A stretch of 56,685 bases of DNA from NCBI GenBank assembly GCA_037141675.1, contig JBAXCC010000001.1, positions 1 through 56,685 of the forward strand, written 5' to 3'. The notes under the pieces were generated by a model. The model did no database searches and had not been told where the DNA came from. It saw only the letters and a list, made by a program, of their open reading frames with translations. Position 1 is the first letter of the stretch. Each line of letters begins with the position of its first letter. Positions 36,674 through 45,696 of the stretch are shown here, piece by piece. Made by a program: the position numbers and the translations under genes. This DNA is from a bacterium (GTDB lineage Bacteria; Verrucomicrobiota; Kiritimatiellia; RFP12; UBA1067).

Positions 36674-37777
36674 CTAAGTTATCGCCTTGAACGTCTTGCA
36701 GGCGTCAATATAAGCTTCGATGTTTTCCCAAGGGACTTCGGGCTCAAGCATGTGGGTAGGGCAACAGAAGAGTCCGCCTTTTACGCCTGCGATGGCGAGA
36801 TTCCGTCGAACCTCGTCCCGGATCTGCTCGGGGGTGCCTTGTGGCATGAGTTGCTGCGTGCCGATGGTTCCGTTGAATGAGAGTCGGTCGCCATATTTGG
36901 CATGGATATCTTTAAAATCCATGCACTCCGGCTGGACGGGATTCAGAATATCTACGCCTGCTTCAATGAGATCATTGATAAAGGGTTCGATAAATCCGCA
37001 GGAATGATAGCTGATGAGGATGTCGGGTTTTACGGAGCGCGCTGCCTGAATTACTTTTTGCAAACGGGGTTTAAGCCACTGCTGATACATGGCTGTGGAC
37101 ATCATGATGCTATGTTGCATGCCGATATCATCGCCGAGTCCAAGAATATCCACATTCGCTTCGGCGAACTTACGCGCACGGAAGCAGGCGAGATCACATA
37201 CCTTATCCAGAATATACGTAGCCATGGGGTCTTCGCACCCCATGTCCACAAAGAGATTATCCATGCTACGTAAATACCATGCGGTCTCCCAGATCGTGCA
37301 TTCTGCCCAGACAAAGACGGCATGGCCATCCGCATGGATCGCGTCAACTTTGGGCTTGAGATATGAATAATCAAGATTTTCAAAATCAGGCCATGGGTAA
37401 TTTTCAAGGTCGTCGATACTTGTTGCATGCGTAAGCGGATGATGCATGCGCGTCATGTGATGCGCACCTGGGGCTGCTTCATGCGCAACGCCCCAGCCAT
37501 CAAACTTCACCTCGTGGGTAAACCCGTTGGGGTAAAATCGACTCCAATCCGTCTTGTCTCGATTGGGTATGCGGAACACTTCGTCAAAGTTCCACGCGAA
37601 TCCCGGGTCAAAGATAATACGGTAAGGGGCTCCAAAATGCTTCAGATAATCGCCTTCTGCGGCAGGGTAGCGTCTGTTAAATTCATCGAAAAGTGATGGG
37701 CATAAATGCAGGCCGACAGGAACGGTTTCATAGCCCTGGCGACGATAGAGCCTTACGAGATTCTCTAGAGGTGTCAT
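36674..37777 (-). CDS. Uroporphyrinogen-decarboxylase (URO-D)-family protein, function unknown
   Basis: 367 aa with C-terminal pattern ...ILISYHSCGFIEPFINDLIEAGVDILNPVQPE... typical of URO-D/MtaA-like TIM barrels. Confidence 0.6.
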   Translation of the reverse strand: MTPLENLVRLYRRQGYETVPVGLHLCPSLFDEFNRRYPAAEGDYLKHFGAPYRIIFDPGFAWNFDEVFRIPNRDKTDWSRFYPNGFTHEVKFDGWGVAHEAAPGAHHMTRMHHPLTHATSIDDLENYPWPDFENLDYSYLKPKVDAIHADGHAVFVWAECTIWETAWYLRSMDNLFVDMGCEDPMATYILDKVCDLACFRARKFAEANVDILGLGDDIGMQHSIMMSTAMYQQWLKPRLQKVIQAARSVKPDILISYHSCGFIEPFINDLIEAGVDILNPVQPECMDFKDIHAKYGDRLSFNGTIGTQQLMPQGTPEQIRDEVRRNLAIAGVKGGLFCCPTHMLEPEVPWENIEAYIDACKTFKAIT

Positions 37778-37917
37778 ATTCAGTCCTTAATTGGCTAAAA
37801 TATTATCGGAGTGATCAACAATTAGCAATTCAAATAACAACCGAAGCTTGACTTGAAAGGTGTGGGGAATTGCAGTACACTAGCACCTCCAAATTGAGCG
37901 ACAACGGGAGTTTTTGT

Positions 37918-38496
37918 ATGGAATATTTCATTTTACTAGTCAGCGCGATTCTGGTGAATAATTTTGTGTTGAGCCGGTTTTTGGGTATTTGTCCGTTTTT
38001 AGGTGTCTCTAAATCGATTCCAACGGCGATGGGCATGTCGGGTGCGGTTATCTTTGTGATTACGATTGCATCGGCTGTAACATGGGCGTTTCAGAAGTAC
38101 CTGCTGGAACCGCTGGGGCTTGAAAAGTTTTTGCAGACGCTGGCCTTTATTTTAGTTATAGCGGCTCTGGTTCAACTGATTGATATTGTGATGAAACGAT
38201 TTGCGCCACCGCTCCATGCGGCCTTAGGTATCTATTTGCCACTGATTACAACCAATTGCGCAGTGCTGGGTGTGGCTGTCATCAACATGAAAGACGGGAA
38301 TGGCTTTATCAAGTCTGTACTCTTTGGTTTTGGAGCATCGGTCGGATTCGCGTTTGCCCTGCTGATTTTCACGGGTCTGCGTGAAAAAATAGATCGTGCT
38401 GATCCTCCCCGTTGCTTCAAAGGCGTTGCCATATCGTTGGTTACGGCTGGTTTGTTGAGTCTAGCCTTTATGGGGTTCAGTGGGCTGGTAAAATAA
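37918..38496 (+). CDS. rnfA: Rnf electron-transport complex subunit A
   Basis: Near-collinear similarity to RsxA/RnfA: ILVNNFVLSRFLGICPFLGVS, LPLITTNCAVLGV, SLAFMGFSGLVK. ATG 37918 is preceded by GGGAG. Confidence 0.9.
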   Translation: MEYFILLVSAILVNNFVLSRFLGICPFLGVSKSIPTAMGMSGAVIFVITIASAVTWAFQKYLLEPLGLEKFLQTLAFILVIAALVQLIDIVMKRFAPPLHAALGIYLPLITTNCAVLGVAVINMKDGNGFIKSVLFGFGASVGFAFALLIFTGLREKIDRADPPRCFKGVAISLVTAGLLSLAFMGFSGLVK

Positions 38497-38540
38497 AAGG
38501 CTCGGCCCTCTTGTCTTTCATCACGTCAATTGATTTAATT

Positions 38541-39329
38541 ATGGATCCAATTACAACATCAACATTGTGCATCGGCGGAGTCGGACTTGTGAGTGCCGCC
38601 GCGCTGGCAGTTGCCGATAGATTTCTAACTGCTCCCGAAGACCCGCTCATTGGCAAGGTTACGGGATGTTTGCCAGGTGCAAACTGTGGCGGATGCGGAT
38701 TTGCTGGATGCGCAGACTATGCGCGAGCGATCGTTAAAGATGGTGCGGAACTCAATATGTGCGCTCCGGCGGGGAGTTCTGGAGCGATGGCGATTGGAGC
38801 GGTACTTGGACGAGATCCGGGCACAGGGGTTGAACGCAAGGTGGCGCTGGTGCTTTGCTGTGGCGATTTTACTGAGGCTTTGCGTCGATCCTATTATAAT
38901 GGGATCGCCGAATGTTCTGCAGCGCAAGCAACGGGGGGAGGCGACAAAGGATGCACGTATGGCTGTCTAGGGTATGCCTCATGTGTTCGTGCTTGTCCAG
39001 CTCAAGCGATCCGACTTGAAAAAGGTATTGCCAAGGTGGATAAGCGACTCTGTATTTCATGTGGAAAATGTGTGGCGACCTGTCCTCGGAAATTGATTAA
39101 GTTGGTGCCGTTTAAGGCTGCGATCCATGTGTTGTGCAGTTCGCAGGACAAAGGCCCTGTTGTTAAAAAAGTGTGCGGAACCGGATGCCTAGGGTGCAAG
39201 ATTTGCACCAAGCTTGCGGGAGATGCGATCATGATGGACGGATTCTTGGCTAAGGTGGATTATACGAAAGAATTGAACAACCCGGACTTAATTACAAAGT
39301 GCCCAGGAAAATGCATTCGATCGGCTTAG
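38541..39329 (+). CDS. rnfB: Rnf electron-transport complex subunit B (polyferredoxin type)
   Basis: N-terminal TM segment, LPGANCGGCGFAGCADYA motif, and several CxxCxxCxxxCP ferredoxin motifs. The track start 38412 overlaps rnfA and was rejected. Confidence 0.85.
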   Translation: MDPITTSTLCIGGVGLVSAAALAVADRFLTAPEDPLIGKVTGCLPGANCGGCGFAGCADYARAIVKDGAELNMCAPAGSSGAMAIGAVLGRDPGTGVERKVALVLCCGDFTEALRRSYYNGIAECSAAQATGGGDKGCTYGCLGYASCVRACPAQAIRLEKGIAKVDKRLCISCGKCVATCPRKLIKLVPFKAAIHVLCSSQDKGPVVKKVCGTGCLGCKICTKLAGDAIMMDGFLAKVDYTKELNNPDLITKCPGKCIRSA

Positions 39330-39370
39330 GCACGTGTTGAGCCTTCCCAAGCTCTGGAACAATACTGAAA

Positions 39371-40723
39371 ATGAAGACTGAAAAATCAATGTTCAATTTT
39401 AAGGGTGGGACACATCCTCTGTATTTCAAGGATGTTACGTCAGGTTCAGCCATTCGCATGATCCCGACGCCTGAGCATCTGTTTGTTCCGATGCAACAGC
39501 ATCTAGGTGCTGCTGCAAAAGTACTGGTCACACAAGGGGATGAGGTTAAGCGCAACCAACTCATTGGTGAACAGAACGGACATATCTCTGCTCCTGTTCA
39601 TGCGCCTGTGGCAGGCAAGGTTTCTGCTATAGTCTCTGTGCCGACTGCTGCCGGGCGCATCTCTCAGGCGGTGATTATTGAACCTAATGGAAGCGATGAA
39701 GTATTTTTTTATGAGCCCTTTAAAGAATGGCAAGACGCAAATGAAAAGGCCATGATCGACCGAATCAAGGAAGCGGGCGTCGTGGGCATGGGGGGGGCCG
39801 GATTTCCGACCGGGGTCAAACTCTCTCCTCCACCTGGGAAGAAAATAGATACGCTCATTATTAACGGTGCAGAGTGTGAACCCTACTTGACAGCTGATCA
39901 TAGGATGATGGTGGAGAATTCCATTTCGATTCATATTGGGATTGAAATCATTCGCAACATTCTTGGTGCAAGGACAGTCCGTGTAGCGATCGAGGACAAC
40001 AAACCGGATGCGATCCGGAAAATGGAACTGGCCTTGAAAAAAATGTCGGGCGATGTTGGCATTTCCGTGCTGGAGACGAGTTATCCGCAGGGTGCTGAGA
40101 AGCAACAAATTTACTCGGTGACAGGGCGTGAAGTCCCGCGTGGTGGACTCCCGATGGATGTCGGATGTGTGGTCGAAAATGTCAGTACGGCCTATGCGGT
40201 TTATGAAGCTGTGATGAAGGGACAACCCTTAACCTATCGTGCGATTACAGTCACGGGAGATGCAATTGAGAATCCCTCTAATCTCTGGGTCCCCTGCGGG
40301 ACGCAATATCAAACCCTTATTGGCGCATGTGGTGGTTTCATGGGCCATGCCTCTAAAGTCATTTCAGGTGGCCCGATGATGGGCTTTGCAGTTAGTAGCC
40401 TTGATATTCCGACTACAAAGACTTCATCCGGCTTATTATGTCTGACCTCGACACGTCTCTCCAACTATAGCTCACAGGCCTGTATTTCGTGTGGTCGCTG
40501 TGTGGACGCGTGCCCGATGCGTCTTATTCCGTCTGAAATGAGTCAGTTCATTGAGGCCGAAGATGTAGCGAGTGCGGAGCAGTTAGCATTGATGGATTGC
40601 GTCGAGTGCGGAAATTGTGCATACGTCTGTCCGGCGCATCGTCCACTTGTGCATCATTTCCGCCGTGGCAAGGGTGTTCTTCTTGTCAAGCGCAGTGCGT
40701 CAGGTGCAAAGGTAAAATACTAG
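39371..40723 (+). CDS. rnfC: Rnf electron-transport complex subunit C
   Basis: FNFKGGTHP, GMGGAGFPTGVKL, INGAECEPYLTADHR and two C-terminal 4Fe-4S motifs (CISCGRCVDACP, CVECGNCAYVCP). Alternative ATG at 39389. Confidence 0.9.
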   Translation: MKTEKSMFNFKGGTHPLYFKDVTSGSAIRMIPTPEHLFVPMQQHLGAAAKVLVTQGDEVKRNQLIGEQNGHISAPVHAPVAGKVSAIVSVPTAAGRISQAVIIEPNGSDEVFFYEPFKEWQDANEKAMIDRIKEAGVVGMGGAGFPTGVKLSPPPGKKIDTLIINGAECEPYLTADHRMMVENSISIHIGIEIIRNILGARTVRVAIEDNKPDAIRKMELALKKMSGDVGISVLETSYPQGAEKQQIYSVTGREVPRGGLPMDVGCVVENVSTAYAVYEAVMKGQPLTYRAITVTGDAIENPSNLWVPCGTQYQTLIGACGGFMGHASKVISGGPMMGFAVSSLDIPTTKTSSGLLCLTSTRLSNYSSQACISCGRCVDACPMRLIPSEMSQFIEAEDVASAEQLALMDCVECGNCAYVCPAHRPLVHHFRRGKGVLLVKRSASGAKVKY

Positions 40724-40807
40724 TGTAAAAGGCCAGATGGATTCCACATAGTACTTGTGAAAACAGTGAAATAAGAGTACGATTTTTCGGTTTTAAACTT
40801 ACGGAGA

Positions 40808-43800
40808 ATGTTCAGTATGGACATGCAGATACGGTCGCAGGATCATAAAGGAATTAACCTATTCTTGATGTTGTCTCTTGGGATGCTTGCTTTGCTCGTT
40901 TACAGCTTAACACTTGTGAAAGGTGTTTTCCCAGGTGAGTCGGCTTGGTTGATCGCAACGTATACTGGTCTGGAACCTCTTGAAATTCCTGTACATCCGA
41001 TATGGGGTGTCATTGTTAAAGCGGTTGAATCCCTTCCTGTGTTCTCTTTACCGTTACGTTTGAATTTTATCAGTGTAATTTGCTCAGTCCTTTCGGTGAT
41101 GCTCATCTTCCGTTTAATTTATTTCTTTATCAATGATATTATTACGGAAGAATATTCTTTGGTTTATGCACCGCGTGTTGCGCGATTTGCAGGTGTGCTG
41201 GCGGCGGTGACCTATCTTTTTTCGGCGCCGGTATGGCAGGCCGCGACACGTTTGCAATATCAGAGTTTTGATTTGTTATTGTTGCTATTGGCAGTCCAAC
41301 TGTTGCTCTGGTATAGGAGTTACCAGAACAAACTCATTCTCTTGCTCTTTATTCTTCTTTCAGGCGTTGGTGCAGTTGAGTCTGTTATTTTTATTCCTGC
41401 AATGCCCTTCTTAGTTATATTTGCACTGTATGCCATGGTTCGTCGACAGCACCCTTTTGCGACCATTGTGTGGCTTTCCTTCGGGATATTGGTTGTCATG
41501 GTTGGAACATGGTACTTTGTTGTGCGCCAGTTTGTAGCGACTGCGGATCTAGAGGCATTGGAAATTACCGGCGTGGTGGATGTCATGGTGCGTATGGCCC
41601 GTATGCAGGGCAAGCAACTTCTTTCCGGGCTGCCTCGTGTAGGCTGGATGATTCTGTTACTGACGGGCTTTGTGCCTTGGTTTGCCGCGCTGATGGCTTC
41701 GTTTCGTGCCTTGAACAATGAACGTACGGTAAGCCAGTATTTGTTACATATCACGTTGACGATGATGGTCATCCTTGGGCTGGCTAACGCGGTGTTTTCA
41801 CCCTGGCAAATATTGAAGCCTTATGGTCGCTTGCCGGTCTGTGCGTATGCGATGTTATCCATGACGGCTGGCTATCTATTTGCGTATTGGTGCCTGTTGT
41901 TGAGCGTGAAACGTCAGAACGTGGGCAAAGAATCCGCGGATCAGATTGACAAAATTGGAGAATGGTTGGGCATCTTGATAGCCTATCCATTTGCTCTTAT
42001 CGTGGTGGTTTCATCTCTGTTTAATGCGTTTGAGTGCGCCAATCCGAAGCGCGGAACATTTGCTGACCGTTGCGCAAAGGAAATCCTTGATAGGATGGGG
42101 ACACGTACATGGTTTGTGACGGACGGTACCCTTGACACGCATCTCCAGATTATGGCCAAGCAACGTGGGCAAGAATTCAATTTGGTGTGTCTGCAAAAGG
42201 ATATGAGCCGCTATTATCTGAAGTCGCTTTGGGAGTTGGTTGAGAAGAAGAAACTCTTTTCGGGTCCAGATTCGCAGCGTATGAAGAGCACGTTGGAATT
42301 AGGGGTTTTGCCCTTTATCCAAGACTGGTTTGCGCTTGACCCTCAGATTGAGAAAAAGGTGGCGGTTTTCAGTATTCCTGACTTCTGGTATACGTCCGGA
42401 ATGACGCCTGTTCCCGATTATTTCTTCTTCACGGGGTGTCGTGATATTGCGACCATCGATGATAAAAAATTATTAGAAGATTATATGGCTTTCTGGAAAA
42501 GTATGGAGCCTGAACTGGGCAGCGGAAAGCGTTTTTTCAATAAGGATGTTATGGATCCAGTCGTCGGACTTCGTAAGCATTTGACTCGGCACATGGGGTT
42601 TGTCGCAAACAATGTGGGTGTTTTGCTGGAGGATTTAAAGAATGATAAGGATGCTTTAACGATATATAATTATGTGAGAAAGACCATTGACCCCGAGAAT
42701 ATCTCTGCTCTCTTTAACCGTTTTGAAATGGCGAACCGCGGGTCAGCTGTGACGCTTGCGACGAAGGGACAAATTGAGCGCGAAATGCGGGATTTTACGA
42801 ATGGCTTAAAGACGCAGTATCCACTCTGGTCCCTGTCCCGGTATTACGGCTATGTGCGCAATCCGCAACTTTTTGTCCGACAGGGGTGGGACTGGGCTTT
42901 GTCCGGGCAGACGGGCGCAGCATTGGCTGGCATTGGTCGCGCGATCCGGTTGTTACCGGATTCGGAAAAGAATGCAGCCTTGAGTGCACTGGCCGCTGTT
43001 TATGCCCTCGCAAATGATAAACAGAAGACGGCTTCAGTATATCAAAGTATGATTGCCAACGATCCAGGCAATCGAACGGCCATGTTGGGTCTTGCTCGTT
43101 TGGCTGTGCAGGACGGCGCATTTGATAAAGCAAAAAGTTGGCTTGAAAAAGCGACAAAAAGCGATGACAAGCGTGGTACATTTGGCGTGGAATGGGCAGC
43201 GATATACCTGATGAACAATGACCTTGCGAATGCGCGTCTTTCGTTGCAGGAAGCTACGGATCTTCAACCCAAAAACCTTCAGGCATGGGCTATGTTGGCG
43301 TTGTTACAGATTCAACAAAACCAAATGGAAGAAGTTGAAAAAGTTATTCTTTCCCGCATGGAAAATATTGCAGGCACGGCTGATAACTACTTCATTCAAG
43401 TTACCCGTGCGCAAGTGGCTCTGAAAAAGGGCAAGAAATTCTTGCGTACTGCGCGTGAAGCTTTTATTCGTGCATCGCTATTGCGTCCGGATATAACAGG
43501 TGTAAAAGATATGATTCTTCAGATTGATATTGAACTGAATGATCAATCTGCCGCGGAACTGCATGCGCGTCAAGTATTGCGCACAAACCGCAAGCACGCA
43601 CTTGCAAACTATGTGATGGGGTCGTTGAGATTGCAGGAAGGTGAATATGGTGAGGCTGAAGATTTCCTGCGTCGTAGTGTTGAAACGAATCCAACTTCTG
43701 CTGCGCTGAACGATCTTGCGGAAGTCTTGCGCCGTATTAAGAAGCTGGATGATGCTGAACGTTTTGCTCGTGAGTCCATTAAAAAGAATCCAGAACTGTA

Positions 43801-44071
43801 TGTGGCCTGGGAGACCTTGGGCTGTATTCTCTTGGAAGCAAATAGAAATCTCGATGAGGCTGAAAGCGCGGTGAACAAGGCCTTAGTGTTGTATAACGAT
43901 GATGTTCGTATCAAGATTACATTGGCTCGCATTCAGTATCGCCGTGGCAATCTTGAAAAGGCACGCGAGACCCTTGGCCAGGTTAAGGTTCGCAAAAACG
44001 AGCTGACTAAGTTTGACTCGGAAGTCATGAATCGGCTCTCTACTGAAATTTCTAAACCGCGGGCAAAGTAA
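40808..44071 (+). CDS. Large polytopic membrane protein with C-terminal TPR array (GT-C-like, DUF2723/TMEM260-type architecture suspected)
   Basis: 1087 aa. About 10 hydrophobic segments in the first ~400 aa, with a GES...HP segment near TM1 (FPGESAWLIATYTGLEPLEIPVHP). The C-terminal ~350 aa are TPR-like. Family assignment is inferred from architecture. Confidence 0.6.
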   Translation: MFSMDMQIRSQDHKGINLFLMLSLGMLALLVYSLTLVKGVFPGESAWLIATYTGLEPLEIPVHPIWGVIVKAVESLPVFSLPLRLNFISVICSVLSVMLIFRLIYFFINDIITEEYSLVYAPRVARFAGVLAAVTYLFSAPVWQAATRLQYQSFDLLLLLLAVQLLLWYRSYQNKLILLLFILLSGVGAVESVIFIPAMPFLVIFALYAMVRRQHPFATIVWLSFGILVVMVGTWYFVVRQFVATADLEALEITGVVDVMVRMARMQGKQLLSGLPRVGWMILLLTGFVPWFAALMASFRALNNERTVSQYLLHITLTMMVILGLANAVFSPWQILKPYGRLPVCAYAMLSMTAGYLFAYWCLLLSVKRQNVGKESADQIDKIGEWLGILIAYPFALIVVVSSLFNAFECANPKRGTFADRCAKEILDRMGTRTWFVTDGTLDTHLQIMAKQRGQEFNLVCLQKDMSRYYLKSLWELVEKKKLFSGPDSQRMKSTLELGVLPFIQDWFALDPQIEKKVAVFSIPDFWYTSGMTPVPDYFFFTGCRDIATIDDKKLLEDYMAFWKSMEPELGSGKRFFNKDVMDPVVGLRKHLTRHMGFVANNVGVLLEDLKNDKDALTIYNYVRKTIDPENISALFNRFEMANRGSAVTLATKGQIEREMRDFTNGLKTQYPLWSLSRYYGYVRNPQLFVRQGWDWALSGQTGAALAGIGRAIRLLPDSEKNAALSALAAVYALANDKQKTASVYQSMIANDPGNRTAMLGLARLAVQDGAFDKAKSWLEKATKSDDKRGTFGVEWAAIYLMNNDLANARLSLQEATDLQPKNLQAWAMLALLQIQQNQMEEVEKVILSRMENIAGTADNYFIQVTRAQVALKKGKKFLRTAREAFIRASLLRPDITGVKDMILQIDIELNDQSAAELHARQVLRTNRKHALANYVMGSLRLQEGEYGEAEDFLRRSVETNPTSAALNDLAEVLRRIKKLDDAERFARESIKKNPELYVAWETLGCILLEANRNLDEAESAVNKALVLYNDDVRIKITLARIQYRRGNLEKARETLGQVKVRKNELTKFDSEVMNRLSTEISKPRAK

Positions 44072-44072
44072 T

Positions 44073-45554
44073 ATGCGAATAATCAGTGCAACATGTGCCC
44101 TTCTAACGGTTCTCTGCTCACAGGCAGAGGAAAGATGGGGCAATAATCTTTCTCCAAACAGCGTTTCATCTGCACGGAACCTGCCTTCTGAACTAACGGC
44201 TTCCAATTTGCTCTGGGAGGTTCGCCTTGGCACTCATCAATATTCAATCCCGACGATCGATCGAGGGAAGGTCTATTTAGGCATCAATGATCTTGGTGTC
44301 CAGCGTGATGGCTATCAACCCTCAGGCGGTGGAGCTATTGTCTGCCTTGACTTGAAGACGGGGAATGCGGATTGGACATTGGCGGTGCCGCGTGTGGCGG
44401 ATGGAACTACGGCACCAAGTTACTTTGACCATTGGAAGTGCGGAATTTGTTCAGGACCTGTGGTTGTGGGTGATCGTATCTATCTGGTTGGAAATCGCGG
44501 AGATGTTATATGCTTGGATCGGAAAGGGCAGTCAGATGGAAATGCCGGCCCGTTTACTGATGAACATAGCTATATGGGGTTGCCTGATCGCGTGACGTTG
44601 ACACCTCAGGACGGCGATATCATTTGGCGGTTTGACTTCCGTAAGGAATGTTCGGTGCTGGTGCATGATACGTGTGCTAGCACAATTCAACTGATTGACG
44701 GGATGCTTTTTGTATGCACGTCCAATGGAACAGATCGTCGCCATCAGCAACCCATTGCCCCAGAAGCGCCAGCGCTTATTGTGTTGGATGCCGAGACTGG
44801 GGTGCTCATCGCACGCGATGCGGAAGAAGAGATGGGAAAGAATATTTTGCATGGCAATTGGTCTTCTCCTACTTCTGGAGATGTGAAAGGGCTGAAACTC
44901 GTTTTCTTTACAGGTGGCGATGGGATCATGTATGCGTTTGAACGTCCGAAGCGATCTGGTGATGGGAAGGTGCAGCATTTGAAAAAGGTGTGGCAGGCCG
45001 ATATCAATCCGCCGCATTTCCGCATGAATGAGCAAGGTCAGAAAAGGATTTACTCCACGTGGCAAAATAAGCGTCCGGATGGGCCAAGTGAGGCCATTGG
45101 AACACCTGTTTTTGCGGATGGACGTGTTTATGTCGCGACAGGCCAGAGTCCTGTTTATGGACTGGGTGCAGCATGTCTAACCTGCTTTGATGCTGAGACA
45201 GGCGCTGTTGTCTGGCGCACGGAAAAGGTGAATCGCACACTCGCAACGATTGCGTTGCAGGATGGGATCATCTATTTGCCGGATCAAAATAACTCCCTTC
45301 ACGCATTTGATGCCAAGACTGGTGAGACCCTCTGGACGCACGACCTCACGTCAACGGTCTGTTATGCCAATGCCCTGGTTGCCGATGGCAAGGTCTATAT
45401 CGGAACTGAACGTGGCGACTTCTGGATTTTGAAGACGGGGCGCCAGAAAGAGGTCCTGTTTCACACGCGCCTACCAAGTGCTCCGGTCACGGCTGTTGCC
45501 TCGGATGGACTGCTGCTGATACCCCTCCAAAATCGAATTCAATGTTATCGGTGA
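44073..45554 (+). CDS. Exported PQQ-like (BamB-like) beta-propeller repeat protein
   Basis: Signal peptide MRIISATCALLTVLCSQA. Repeated blades: GKVYLG..., IVCLDLKTGNADW, DRIYLVGNRGDVICLD, GRVYVATG..., CFDAETGAVVW, LHAFDAKTGETLW, DGKVYIGT. ATG lies 1 nt after the upstream stop. Confidence 0.8.
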   Translation: MRIISATCALLTVLCSQAEERWGNNLSPNSVSSARNLPSELTASNLLWEVRLGTHQYSIPTIDRGKVYLGINDLGVQRDGYQPSGGGAIVCLDLKTGNADWTLAVPRVADGTTAPSYFDHWKCGICSGPVVVGDRIYLVGNRGDVICLDRKGQSDGNAGPFTDEHSYMGLPDRVTLTPQDGDIIWRFDFRKECSVLVHDTCASTIQLIDGMLFVCTSNGTDRRHQQPIAPEAPALIVLDAETGVLIARDAEEEMGKNILHGNWSSPTSGDVKGLKLVFFTGGDGIMYAFERPKRSGDGKVQHLKKVWQADINPPHFRMNEQGQKRIYSTWQNKRPDGPSEAIGTPVFADGRVYVATGQSPVYGLGAACLTCFDAETGAVVWRTEKVNRTLATIALQDGIIYLPDQNNSLHAFDAKTGETLWTHDLTSTVCYANALVADGKVYIGTERGDFWILKTGRQKEVLFHTRLPSAPVTAVASDGLLLIPLQNRIQCYR

Positions 45555-45601
45555 GCCCCCCGCCCGCGGAGTTGGAATAAACGAAGGATTAGCTTCTTAA
45601 A

Positions 45602-45683
45602 TTAAGAGTTAAAAGTTAAACGTTGAAAGTTAAAAGTTTGAACGCTTAACGCTCAACGCCCAACTCTTAATGCTTAAGTTATA
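45602..45683. repeat. Degenerate heptamer-periodic array (about 11 units of AMGYTNA) that folds as a long imperfect hairpin
   Basis: Units GAGTTAA AAGTTAA ACGTTGA AAGTTAA AAGTTTGA ACGCTTA ACGCTCA ACGCCCA ACTCTTA ATGCTTA AGTTATA (45606-45683). Outer stem TTAAGAGTT (45602-45610) pairs with AACTCTTAA (45662-45670). Inner stem 45621-45637 pairs with 45642-45658 (13 of 17) around loop TTGA. Confidence 0.75.
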
Positions 45684-45696
45684 GACGAGGTCACTT

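Noticed and set aside
45606-45683. Short tandem arrays (also 3878-3912 and 30973-31016) considered as CRISPR-like
   Set aside because: The units are 7-16 nt with no unique spacers between them, and no cas genes are nearby. They are not CRISPR arrays.
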